From the NCBI GenBank assembly GCA_965203465.1, contig CBDBCR010000003.1:704001-768000 (forward strand): DNA of 64,000 nucleotides, written 5' to 3'. Shown here one piece after another: positions 19,170 through 28,795 of the stretch; the first letter of the stretch is position 1; each line of letters opens with the position of its first letter. This DNA comes from Nitrosopumilaceae archaeon. GTDB taxonomy: Archaea; Thermoproteota; Nitrososphaeria; Nitrososphaerales; Nitrosopumilaceae. Below the pieces are notes generated by a model, which did no database searches, was not told the origin of the DNA, and worked only from the letters and a program-made list of their open reading frames with translations. The translations under genes and the position numbers were made by a program.

Positions 19170-20332
19170 CAGCCTATCCCCAAGAGCTTTTCGTCCAAGC
19201 TCTTGAACTGCTCCGCGCTCAGCAGCGGAAATCCGTACCCGTGCCTCTCAAAGACTTCTTTGATCGCCGGCGAGGCGGCCTCGAGATCCGCGTACAGGCG
19301 CTCCTTCTGGTCCTGCGCCACCGAAGAGTCGCCGATCATCGTGATCTGCGGGTACTGCTGTACCAGGCGCCCGAACTCCTCGAAGAACTCCTCGTCGTCC
19401 CCGGTCGGCATCATTATGCCCACCGACTCGAACGCCGCGCGCCTCTCGACGTCCTGGACCGCCTCGAGGGCGCTTATCTGCGCGTTTATGGGATCGGTCT
19501 CTGCGTGGTACTGATCCCACTGCTCGGGGGTAAGATCCGGGGGCTCGTTGTCGATGCCGTACCTCGCGTCGATGGCGCGGATCTGCTCGCCGACCGCTTC
19601 TACCGCGTCGAGGTCGCCCCGGTAGGGCAGCTGCACGCTCTCGAGCCTCTCAAAGTGCGGCGCCTTGCGCGCCTCGACGGCGTCGATCTCCGCCACGTAC
19701 TGGTCCCACTGCTCGGGGGTCAGCACCGGCTGGGCCGGAAAGCCGTACTCTGCGTCTACGGCGTCCAGCCTGGCGTAAAGCCCGTCTATCAGTTCCCGCT
19801 GCTCGTCGATATCCGCCTGGTACCCGTCGAGCCGCTCCTCGTCTGGCTCGGCCTCGGCGTCGCTCTCCAGCTCTGCGTCGTACGCGTCCCAAAAGTCGTC
19901 AATGTCCCGCCACAGCCCGTCGATCGCCCGCCACGCCTCTTCGATGTCCCGCAGAATTCCCTCGGTCGCCGCGCCGTGCGCGTCCCACTGCTCCTGCGTC
20001 AGATCGGGCAGCGGCTCTATCCCGTACTTCGCGTCGATGGCCGCCCCTTCGGCGTCGAGCTCGGCGATCTCGTCGGTGATCTCTTCGTACTGCCTCCACA
20101 TCTCTTCCAGCCTTTCGTAGCTGGAGGCCACCTGGTCGTGCACGGCCTGGGCCTCGGCGTAGTAGTCCTCCCACTGCTGCGCGCTCAGGTCGGGCGGAGG
20201 GGGGAACCCGTACCGCTCGTCGATCCCTTCGAGCTGGGCCTCGAGCCGGTCTATCTCGGCCTGGTCTGCCAGGGCGGCGGGCGCCGAGGCGGCAACAGCC
20301 GCCAGGACAGCCAGCGCGAGGGCCGCTTTCAT
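19169..20332 (-). CDS. Secreted acidic alpha-helical repeat protein
   Basis: Signal peptide MKAALALAVLAAVAASAPAALA, recurring YG[FI]..P.L[ST].[EQ]QW..Y units, and TTAAATA about 25 nt upstream. Confidence 0.75.
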   Translation of the reverse strand: MKAALALAVLAAVAASAPAALADQAEIDRLEAQLEGIDERYGFPPPPDLSAQQWEDYYAEAQAVHDQVASSYERLEEMWRQYEEITDEIAELDAEGAAIDAKYGIEPLPDLTQEQWDAHGAATEGILRDIEEAWRAIDGLWRDIDDFWDAYDAELESDAEAEPDEERLDGYQADIDEQRELIDGLYARLDAVDAEYGFPAQPVLTPEQWDQYVAEIDAVEARKAPHFERLESVQLPYRGDLDAVEAVGEQIRAIDARYGIDNEPPDLTPEQWDQYHAETDPINAQISALEAVQDVERRAAFESVGIMMPTGDDEEFFEEFGRLVQQYPQITMIGDSSVAQDQKERLYADLEAASPAIKEVFERHGYGFPLLSAEQFKSLDEKLLGIG

Positions 20333-20472
20333 GCGTCAAAGTCCTGAAAGTAGTATTTAACGCTCGCGCAACAACGGTGCGTTTGCAGGATCCCAAAAGC
20401 GGCCGCCCCGCGGGGGCCGCCGGGCGGGCCCTTTTTCCGGCCGAAAAGCCGGCGAAAACGCCCGAATCGAAA

Positions 20473-20480
20473 TTTTATAT
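20473..20480 (+). promoter_or_regulatory. Putative TATA box of the lsm-rpl37e operon
   Basis: TTTTATAT about 35 nt upstream of the lsm ATG. Confidence 0.5.
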
Positions 20481-20514
20481 AGTAGGCCCTGGCCACGCGC
20501 CCCGAGTGGTATAG

Positions 20515-20748
20515 ATGTCCGTAGACATGGCAGTCAAGGTTCTCGACGAGAGCATCAACAAGGTGGTCCTCATAAAGCTAAAGGGCAACAAGTCCATACG
20601 CGGCAGCCTCTTGGGGTTCGACCAGCACATGAACCTGCTGCTGGACCAGTCCGAAGAGATCCGCCAGGGCGGAGAATCCGAGTCGCTCGGCACCATCGTG
20701 GTGCGCGGCGACAACGTCGTGATGATATCCCCCCCGCCCCCCTCGTAG
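20515..20748 (+). CDS. Sm-like (LSm/SmAP) RNA-binding protein
   Basis: Sm1/Sm2 motifs [16 protein letters not shown] and [16 protein letters not shown]; adjacent to rpl37e. Confidence 0.95.
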   Translation: MSVDMAVKVLDESINKVVLIKLKGNKSIRGSLLGFDQHMNLLLDQSEEIRQGGESESLGTIVVRGDNVVMISPPPPS

Positions 20749-20757
20749 GGTGGTACC

Positions 20758-20925
20758 ATGGTAAAGGGCACCACCTCGATGGGCGGGTACACGAAGAAAA
20801 AGGTACACGTCAGGTGCCGCAGGTGCGGCAAGAACTCGCTCCACAAGAGGCACCAGCGGTGCGCCAGCTGCGGCTATCCGGACGCGAAGATCCGCAAGTA
20901 CTCTTGGATAAAGTGGTACACATAA
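20758..20925 (+). CDS. rpl37e: 50S ribosomal protein L37e (not in the ORF track)
   Basis: Manual translation [55 protein letters not shown]. Confidence 0.95.
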   Translation: MVKGTTSMGGYTKKKVHVRCRRCGKNSLHKRHQRCASCGYPDAKIRKYSWIKWYT

Positions 20926-21725
20926 TGCAGGAACTGGCGCTGCTGATAAGCTCGCTGGCCGGCGCCGCCTCGGCGGTGGCAGTCCACAAGATCCCCCGCG
21001 GCCCGCGCACGCCCACGATCGGCGCGAGCGGCCGCGTGCGGGCCGAGATCCAGAACCTCGAAAGCGAGCGCGGCCTGCTGGAAAGGGCCGTGGCCCGCCT
21101 GTACGACGGCGGCGGCGTGCCGGCCGCCAAGCGCGACGCGCTGCTCGAAAGGTACCAGGCGCGCCTCTCCGAGATCCGCGCGCGCATCCGGGATCTAAAG
21201 GCGGCCGGATCCCACCCCGATCTGGGGCCGCTGGGCGACAGCCTGATCATGCTCATGGACCAAAAGCTCTCCGGCCTTGACGCGCGCCTGCGCGAGCTGT
21301 CCGCAAAGGTGCAGGCCCCGCGGCAGGAAAAGGCCGCCGAAAAGCCGGCGCCCAGGCCGCGCGCCGAGCCCAAGCGCGCGGCCGAGCCCGCCGCGGGCGA
21401 CAAGTCGCTCGACATGGTCACGCTCACCGTCCACTCCGCGGGCGCGGCGCCGGCAGGCCTCGCCGCCGGGCGCCTCGCGGCGCGGCCCCAACCCGCTGCG
21501 CCCGCGCGGCCCGAACCCGAGATTCCCGCCGGGCGCCCGGGCAGGCCCGAGCCGGTTCCCGCCGAGCCCCCGGCGCGGGCGCAGCCCGAGCCGGTTCCCC
21601 CCGAGCCGGAGATTCCCGCCGAACCCGATCAGCTCGGCTCCGAGTACGACGACGAGAACCTCGACGTCCTCAAAAAGGACATACTCACCGCCCTGGAGCA
21701 GATAGAGCAGGCGGAGGTGGAATAG
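20925..21725 (+). CDS. Hypothetical protein (N-terminal hydrophobic anchor, coiled coil, Pro-rich linker, acidic C-terminus)
   Basis: ATG overlaps the rpl37e stop (TAATG). Reads [20 protein letters not shown]... and ends LEQIEQAEVE. Confidence 0.75.
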   Translation: MQELALLISSLAGAASAVAVHKIPRGPRTPTIGASGRVRAEIQNLESERGLLERAVARLYDGGGVPAAKRDALLERYQARLSEIRARIRDLKAAGSHPDLGPLGDSLIMLMDQKLSGLDARLRELSAKVQAPRQEKAAEKPAPRPRAEPKRAAEPAAGDKSLDMVTLTVHSAGAAPAGLAAGRLAARPQPAAPARPEPEIPAGRPGRPEPVPAEPPARAQPEPVPPEPEIPAEPDQLGSEYDDENLDVLKKDILTALEQIEQAEVE

Positions 21726-21740
21726 ACGCACGAGGCCGGC

Positions 21741-22397
21741 CTGAGGGCCGCGGCCGCCCACGCGGCCGGCGCGGTGCGCGACGGGCAGACCGTCGGGCTG
21801 GGCAGCGGCAGGGCCGCCGCCGCGGTGGCCGCCGAGCTGGGCGGGCGCGCGCGCGGCGGGCTGTCGGTGCGGTGCGTGCCCACCTCGCTGCAGATAAAGG
21901 CGGTCGCCGAAAAGGAGGGCCTGCCCCTGATCGGCCCCGACGAGACGGACCGGATAGACGCGGCGTTCGACGGCGCCGACCAGATAGACGCGCGCGGCCG
22001 CCTCGTAAAGGGCGGCGGGGGCGCGCTGCTGCGCGAGAGGATAATCTTCGACATGGCGCGCAGGGTGTCGGTGATAGCCGACGCCTCAAAGTTCGTCCGC
22101 GTGCTCCGCATGCCCGTCCCCGTCGAGGTGCACCCGGCCGCCAGGGCCCTGGCCGCCAGGCGGATAGCAGAGGCGGGCGGCTCGGCCTCCCTGCGGACGC
22201 TGGCCAGGGGGTACCCGTTCTTCACCGAGAACGGCAACCTTGTATTCGACTGCGACTTTGGCCCGATTCCGGAGCCGGGCCGCCTGGCGCGCAGGATCTC
22301 CGGCTGCGGCGGTGTCATGGGCGTGGGCCTGTTCGACCGAAAGCCGGACGCCATATACAGGGCGCGCGGCGCAAAGTTCGAGGCGGTCAGGATCTGA
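21741..22397 (+). CDS. rpiA: Ribose-5-phosphate isomerase A (start codon uncertain)
   Basis: VGLGSGRAA, VPTSLQ, DGADQID, KGGGGALLRE, PVEV and TENGNLVFD. Confidence 0.9.
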   Translation: MRAAAAHAAGAVRDGQTVGLGSGRAAAAVAAELGGRARGGLSVRCVPTSLQIKAVAEKEGLPLIGPDETDRIDAAFDGADQIDARGRLVKGGGGALLRERIIFDMARRVSVIADASKFVRVLRMPVPVEVHPAARALAARRIAEAGGSASLRTLARGYPFFTENGNLVFDCDFGPIPEPGRLARRISGCGGVMGVGLFDRKPDAIYRARGAKFEAVRI

Positions 22398-23760
22398 GCG
22401 CGGGCCGCCCGTGCGACGGGTCGCCGACGACCTCAAAGTCCTCGGCGACCAGCTGCCCGCGCACCACCGTCTTGACGGGCCAGCCGCGCAGCATCCACCC
22501 ATCGTACACAGAATAGTCCGAAAACCCGCCCAGCTTTGAAGAGTCCACCCTCCTCTGCAGGCGCGTATCGACTATCGTGACGTCCGCGTCGGCCCCGGCG
22601 CGCAGCTGCCCCTTGGAGGCCATGCCGAATATGCGCGCCGCGTTGGAGCTTGCAAGGCGCGCCAGCTCCTCCAGCGTGAGCCTGCCGCGGGCAAACCCCT
22701 CGCTGAGCAGCACGGGCAGCATGGTGCCGATTCCGGGGAACCCCGCGAGGGCCCCCCACACGTCGCGGCCCCCCAGCTTTGCGCCGAGCCGGTTTGCCAC
22801 GTGGTCGGTGCCGACGCAGTCAATGCCGCCCGAGCGCACCCCGGCCCAGACCGCCGAGACGTCGGCGGCCGAGCGGACCGGCGGCATGACCTTGGCGAGG
22901 TAGCCTTCCCGCTCGCTGGAGAGCGAAAGGTAGTGCGGGCAGGTCTCCACGCGGACGCGCGCGCCGCGCGCCCTCTCTTTGCGGACCTGATCGAGCGCCG
23001 CGCGCGAGCCCAGGTGCACGAAATACACCGTCGCCCCGTGCGCGCGCGCGTGCTCGCAGACGCGCGATATGGACTTTGCCTCGGACTCTGGCGGCCTGCT
23101 GTCCGACCACGCCCCGAGGCCGTCGCGGCCGCGCTCCTGCGCCTCGCGCATGCCGCACGCGCACGCCTCGTAGTCCTCGGCGTGGACCAGCACGGGGCAG
23201 CCCAGGCGCGCGGCCTCGCGCACGACCGCCCCGACGACGCCGTCGTGGACCTCGACGCGCGCCGGGTTGAGCTCCTGCGCGCCCGGATCCATGTCCATGT
23301 ACACGTGGCCCACGTCCGAACCGAGGTTCATGTAGAGCTTGAACGAGGTCACGCCGCGCGAGGCGCAGTACTCCATCTCGCCGGCCTGGGCCTCGTCGAA
23401 TATGGAGGCGTGCACCGCGTAGTCGACGTGGTGGCGCCCCCTCCCGCCGTCCAGCTGCGCCTCGAGGCCGCGCCGGTACGAGCCCTTTAGGCGAAGCATC
23501 CTCATCATGGTGGTCACGCCTCCCAGCGCGGCCGCGCGCGACTCGGTGAGGGCCGCCTGCTCTATGGGCGAGTACACCCCGTAGTGCACGTGCGGATCCA
23601 CGATGCCGGGCAGCGAGACCAGGCCGCTCGCGTCTATCTTTTCGCAGTCGGGCACGTCGCGCGTCAGGGCCGATATGCGGCCGTCCTCCACGACGATGTT
23701 GGCGTCGATCACGCCGCCCGGGGTGACCACGTGAGATCCCACGATCACCGAGTCGGGCAA
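22387..23760 (-). CDS. Dihydroorotase/allantoinase-family cyclic amidohydrolase
   Basis: TTG start at 23760; LPGIVDPHVH, GGVTT, TSFKLYM, VHAED, VETCPHYL, KVMPPVR, GTDH and GADADVTIVD. Confidence 0.9.
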   Translation of the reverse strand: MPDSVIVGSHVVTPGGVIDANIVVEDGRISALTRDVPDCEKIDASGLVSLPGIVDPHVHYGVYSPIEQAALTESRAAALGGVTTMMRMLRLKGSYRRGLEAQLDGGRGRHHVDYAVHASIFDEAQAGEMEYCASRGVTSFKLYMNLGSDVGHVYMDMDPGAQELNPARVEVHDGVVGAVVREAARLGCPVLVHAEDYEACACGMREAQERGRDGLGAWSDSRPPESEAKSISRVCEHARAHGATVYFVHLGSRAALDQVRKERARGARVRVETCPHYLSLSSEREGYLAKVMPPVRSAADVSAVWAGVRSGGIDCVGTDHVANRLGAKLGGRDVWGALAGFPGIGTMLPVLLSEGFARGRLTLEELARLASSNAARIFGMASKGQLRAGADADVTIVDTRLQRRVDSSKLGGFSDYSVYDGWMLRGWPVKTVVRGQLVAEDFEVVGDPSHGRPALRS

Positions 23761-23828
23761 CGCGCGCGCGCCCCTGCGCGCCCGTATTATTCGTTGGCAG
23801 TGTCGGCCGGCGCCCCGGGGCTTGTCGC

Positions 23829-24392
23829 CTAGTCCGCGCGGGCCTGCTCGCGATCGCCGGCGCGCGCCAGCGATATCCTGTGGTGGTCGGGATCGACGCT
23901 GTAGAACAGCCCGTCCGATCCGCCGATCTCGGACGAAAATGCGCCTATCGGTTTTCTGTAGCGCCCCATGCCCGCCGGGTCGTCCGAAGTAGCCAGATCC
24001 CGGATTGCCGCGTCCACCCCGGCCTGCCCGGAACTGTCCATGCTCTTGTACTGGCGCACGAACGCAGGCTCCCTCGCGACGAACCAGCCGGCCGTCGCGC
24101 CTTTCAGCCGCGCGGGGTCGCGGCGCAGTTCCAAGTGGCCCTCGTAGCCCTTCTTCAAGTCCTCGATCAGATCGTCTGCGTAGGTGTACACCACCTTGGG
24201 GTCGGAATTGTGGGACGCGATGGCGTCGAGCGCCTCCTCTGGGATCAGGCCGTCCTCGTGCAGCCACGCAAGGTACCGCTCAAAGTCCATCCGGCCGGCG
24301 AATTCGGACTTTAGGAAATACCCCCTTATGACTGCCAGCTTGTCCTCCGCAAGGCGCGCGAACGGGCCGGAGGCCTGCCGCGTGTAGGACAT
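23829..24392 (-). CDS. Two-domain protein with a C-terminal RelE/ParE-like toxin domain
   Basis: The C-terminal half (FVRQYKSMD...VDAAIRDLATSDDPAGMG...FSSEIGGSDGLFYSVD...ISLARAGDREQ) has a RelE/ParE-like layout. Confidence 0.55.
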   Translation of the reverse strand: MSYTRQASGPFARLAEDKLAVIRGYFLKSEFAGRMDFERYLAWLHEDGLIPEEALDAIASHNSDPKVVYTYADDLIEDLKKGYEGHLELRRDPARLKGATAGWFVAREPAFVRQYKSMDSSGQAGVDAAIRDLATSDDPAGMGRYRKPIGAFSSEIGGSDGLFYSVDPDHHRISLARAGDREQARAD

Positions 24393-24656
24393 CGGGGCGT
24401 TGGAACGGGCTGTTGATAATATGCGTTGGTTTTCCGCATGATCGCGCGCCGCCGCGAGCGGGCGCCGGCCAGCCGATCCGGCGGCTGGCCGAAACGCGTC
24501 CGGAAAGTCTCGGATTTGAGATCGCGGCAAGGATCCGGATCGGCGCCCGCGAATTTGACGCCAGTCCGCGCCGCAGACCGACTTGTGATCGCAGACGCGC
24601 AGCGGCGTTGGCCCGTGGCGGTCGGAATTAATCCGGCAGACCCTGTATCAAATCTT

Positions 24657-24810
24657 ATCTGGGAGGGGAGCATGGCTCTCCGAGATGGGCCCGAGAGTTG
24701 AACTATTCTTACCCCGCATGAGGGTGACCGGCAGACTAACTCACAACAATAGGCGGACGGGGTACTACCCCACAGAGGGTGAATGGGAGCTTTCCGCTCA
24801 ATCGGGCAAA
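24657..24810 (+). ncRNA. Predicted IS110 bridge RNA (5' hairpin, target-binding loop, donor-binding loop)
   Basis: Two parallel internal loops around TACCC..AGGGTGA hairpins. Arms CTATTCT / CCGGCAGA match the flanking target; ACGGGGT / ATGGGAG match the element ends. Closing stem GCCCGA (24689) / TCGGGC (24802). Confidence 0.75.
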
Positions 24811-24917
24811 TCCACAAATCCAATGGCTTCGAAGGAGGTGACACATTGATCAACATTGGGATAGACGTGCACAAAAAGATGTGCGCGGCGACAATAAAAG
24901 GAAACGGCAAGGATATA

Positions 24918-26066
24918 TAGTATCTTAGATTGACTTTGGGCAAAGATCTAAATAGCGGCACGCCGGGGGGGCCCCATGGCGAGGAAGTTCCTTCCCAAAG
25001 TGACCATGGCCCGCCTGTGCGACATGCATCGGAAGGAAAAAGATCCAAAGGCACAAAGCAGGCTGGTGGTATGCATACAAAGGAAGCAGGGAAAGACCAT
25101 CATGGAAATATCCAAGGGCTTAAACATTCCGCGCAGCACGGTGACCAACTGGATAAGGAACATCGAGAAGAACGGTCTGAACAAGAGATACGACATAAAG
25201 AACAAAGGGGCAGCGTGCAAGCTCACCAAGCGCCAGCTCAAGGCGCTCGAGCGGGATCTGGAAGCTGGGCCCGCGGCGATCGGACTCGGAGCGGGTGCTT
25301 GGACGATACCGCTGATCAGGACGCACATCAAGAAAAAGTTCGGCGTAGAGTACCATGTCCACTCCGTCTGGGATCTGGTGAACCGGCTGGGCTTCGTGTA
25401 CATCAAGCCCCGCCCCCGCGACGCACGCGGGGCGTCTCCGGCAGAAATCAAGGATTTCAAAAAAAAGCTCACAGAACCGTAGCAATCTACGCTGGGCGCG
25501 GGCATCTGGCCGTTTCCTTTGACGAAATGCACGTATCCATGCAGAGCGTGGTCCGGAAAGGATGGTACCGCAAGAAAAGGAGGAAAGGCAAGCGCGCCGA
25601 ACAGGTCAGGGTCGACGTCACGGGCAGGCGGAAAGGCCGGGCCACCCTGCTCGGAGTCGTGGCGGCCGGAGGCCAGAGCTATTTCGAGTTCTGCGACACG
25701 GGCAACGCCAAGAACGTAGAGGCGTTCCTCATGAGGGCCTACAAAAAGCTGGGCAAGCTGCTGATCTACACGGACAACGCCTCGTACCACAGCGAAGCCG
25801 TGTTCCGGAGGCTGTACGAGAGAACCGACGGCGGCATCGTGGCGAGGTTCCTGCCAAAGTACACGCCGGAGCTTGCGCCGATCGAGTCCCAGTGGAGGGA
25901 AGTCAAGCGCTACATCGCCAACCAGTTTTTCGACGACATCGAGCAGACAAAGAGAGAAGTGTTGAAAGCTCTGAGATCCGGCGGCATCAAGATCATAAAG
26001 ATGCACGACTATCTTACGGCCTGATCGTTCGTGCCAAAAATTATCTAAAGTCAATCTAAGATACTA
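24918..26066 (+). mobile_element. IS630-family element with TA target duplication
   Basis: Perfect 20-bp TIR TAGTATCTTAGATTGACTTT at both ends, flanked by TA (24916-17 and 26067-68). Confidence 0.95.
24976..26024 (+). CDS. IS630 transposase (HTH ORF 24976-25482 joined to the DDE ORF by a -1 shift at A8, 25459-25466)
   Basis: HTH/winged-helix ORF A. DDE motifs SFDE, YTDNASYH and LPKYTPELAPIESQW lie in the -1 frame. Slippery site TTC AAA AAA AAG. Confidence 0.9.
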
Positions 26067-27234
26067 TAATAGAACAGACCGAATTCAAGAACAGCAAAAA
26101 AGACATAGAGGCGTTCGCGGCACACGTAAAGAAGACGCACGGCAAGAACGCCAGGGCGGTCTGCGAGGCGACCGGCAATTACTGGATCATGCTGCACGAC
26201 ACGCTGGAGGAGTGCGGCATCGACACGATCTTGGCTCACCCGTCCAAGACCAAGGCCATAGCCGAGGCAAAACTGAAAGACGACAGGGTGGACTCGGAGG
26301 TGCTCGCGGACTTGCTACTCATGGACATGGTTTACGAGTCGTTCGTGCCTGACGAGCGCTACAGGAACCTGCGCAACCTGGCCAGAACCCGGCTCGACAG
26401 GGTCCGCACGGCGACGGAGCAAAAGAACAAGATAACTGCGCTTCTGGCCAAATACGAGCACAAGCTTCCCACAAAGACGAAATTCTCAAAGACCAACTTG
26501 AAGTGGATGCGAACCGTAAGCGTCTCGCCGGTGGACAGGCTGTCGCTGGACTCGTACCTCGACACGCTGCAGCTGATGCAGAAACAGACGGAAACGCTGG
26601 AGCGCGAGATAGCTTCCGAATGCATGGACGACGAGAGGGCAAAGCTCGTCATGACGGTCACCGGAATAGGATACGTTACCGCGCTGACCATAATCGCAGA
26701 GATAGTAGACGTAAAGAGATTCAGGACGGCCGAAAAACTCGTCTCGTACGCGGGCCTTTCTCCGTCCCACCGGAACAGCGGCGAGACCAAGCGCGGCGGC
26801 GGCATAACCAAAAAGGGGTCCGTCTGGTTAAGGAACGCCATGGTGGAGGCGGCCAACGTCGCGGCGCGCTACGACGCTCGAATGCCTTCGACCTACGAGC
26901 GGCTGTCGAAAAGGATAGGCAAAAAGAAAGCGAGGGTGGCCATCGCGCGCCGCCTGACGGAGGTAGTCTGGCACATACTGACCGACATGGCCGAATACCG
27001 GACGCAGGACAAGGATCTAGTGCAGCGAAAGTATAAAGCGGCGGCCAAAGCCCGCCCGCCTGACTGAGCACACACTCGTTTGCAGTGGCCCGTCAATCCG
27101 GGAAGATTTGATATGGGAGAATAGGCCATCCCCCGACCTGACCGCTTACCCGCCGGCGCGACCAAAGTATAAACAGGCGCAGCGGCAGGCCAGCCGTTTG
27201 ACGGCGGAAAGCGCGCTTGCGGGAAAGGCCTGAG

Positions 27235-28660
27235 TTGGCGCCGGAACCGCGCCCCTCGGTCGCCTACATGCAAAGGATGCCCGACGGCCGCCAGAGGGAG
27301 AACGTGGCAAAGCTCCTGCGGTACGGGCTGGCCGTCAACGGCAGAACCGTGGACGAGCTGGGCACGAAGCACCGGGGACGCCCCGCGCAGCAGGCCTGGC
27401 GCTCCAAGCCCGTATGGCACAGAAAGGCGGATCTGGATCAGTGGCTGGGCAGAGAGATGGGGCTGCCCTCCACCTTGTGGGGGCCGGGGCGCAAGTCCAA
27501 CGAGCTGGCGGACATGACTAGCGCGATATTGGACAGGCTGCGAAAGAGCGGCGCGCTGTCAGACTGGAGCGACGGGCGCGCCGACCTGTGCAGGCTGTCG
27601 GATCCGTCCAAGCGGGCGGGCAGGCCGTCTGCCAGCCTCAAGGACTACTGGCCCGAGCCGGAGCCGATGGAGCGCACGGAGCACAACATGCGAAAAACGT
27701 TCACCGCCATAATATCAGAGGGGCGCAGGGACAACACCTACAAGTTCGCCCTGTGCAAGACGCTGCTGGACTACTGCAAGAAAGAGGCCCCCGACGGATC
27801 CGCGCGCAAGAAAGTACGAGTATCTGGCCGGGGAGTTCCTCAGGCACTACTGGCACCAAAAGTACAAGTTCAGGATGAAGCAGGACTTTCACACCAAGCG
27901 GCAGCCCAGGATCATAACCATACTCGAAGAAGTGTTCGGCGACGCGCAGTCGGCAAGTTTCAGGCGCGCGGGCGCCGAGCGCAAGAGGGACGCCAAGCGC
28001 AGGATCCTCGCGGAAGTGTTCGGGCGCGACAGGCAGAAAAAGGGCATGGTGGTGTCCCGGTTCCAGCACGTCAGGCACGGCGGCACGACGGCCAGCGTCA
28101 ACATGTTCTACGACTACGACGACGACCTGCAGGCGATCACCCTCCACCCCGAAGCACACGAGTTCTTGTGCCGCAACCGCGCGCTGCTCACCCGGGCGCT
28201 GCTGGCCGAGTGGGTGCTGTACCTAGAAAGGGTGAACCACGGCCTGCCCAAGCTGGCCGCCAAGATAGACGGGATCAAAAAGAAGGGCTCCCTCAAAAAG
28301 TACAAAGACGTCCTCTACAGGCACGCGAAAAACTGCTTTTACTGCAGAAACAGACTCATGCCCGGCCGCATACACGTGGACCACTTTATCCCGTGGTCGT
28401 ACATGCTCGACGACAGCATGTGGAACCTGGTCCTGGCGTGCCCCGAATGCAACTCGGACAAGAGCAACTCGCTGCCCGGGGACGCGTACCTGCCCGGGCT
28501 CATAGCGCGGAACGAAAGGTGCGCCGGCGTGGACGAGATGCGAAAGTCCCTGCGCCGGCTCGCAGGCGGGACCAAGACCTGGGAGGAGGAGATACGCAGC
28601 CACTACAGCGTATGCGGGGAATGCGGCTTTGGCAGGTGGGTTGCCGGATCCCGTCCGTGA
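27235..28660 (+). pseudogene. HNH endonuclease (McrA/type IV-like), frameshifted near 27810
   Basis: NTYKFALCKTLLD in one frame; YEYLAGEFLRHYWHQ...CFYC...HVDHFIPWS...WNLVLACPECNSDKSN in the next frame. Confidence 0.8.
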
Positions 28661-28795
28661 CCGGCGGGCCCGCGCGCTGTCTTGCGCGTACTCAGATGTC
28701 ATGAGGTCGCGAGGTTGTCTAGATCGTAACGCTCAAGATGTCAAGTCATGCGTAATTGCCCTCAGTTCGTGTATCCGTACCTAGAAAACGCGAAC

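Larger units (their letters stand above)
24846..27067 (+). pseudogene. IS110 transposase/recombinase split by the IS630 insertion
   Basis: GGAGGTGA SD then TTG: MINIGIDVHKKMCAATIKGNGKDI | IEQTEFKNS...VCEATGNYW...KDDRVDS...GIGYVTA...SYAGLSPS..NSG. Removing 24918-26068 restores a single frame. Confidence 0.9.
24638..27120 (+). mobile_element. IS110-family element (interrupted by IS630)
   Basis: AGA core at both junctions (24638-40 and 27118-20), 11-bp subterminal IR TATCAAATCTT (24646-56) / AAGATTTGATA (27103-13), about 200 nt of upstream non-coding region, and a DEDD recombinase gene. Confidence 0.85.

Noticed and set aside
126-23490. Many long overlapping or antisense ORFs (e.g. 181-1497, 11203-13251, 4561-6018)
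   Set aside because: Arg/Ala/Gly-rich shadow frames of high-GC genes, with no recognisable motifs.
22387-24267. 626-aa version of the amidohydrolase
   Set aside because: The extension overlaps the 23829-24392 gene; homology starts at TTG 23760.
24551-24567. Additional IS6-like end (reverse complement GGACTGGCGTCAAATTC)
   Set aside because: Too divergent from the other termini to support.
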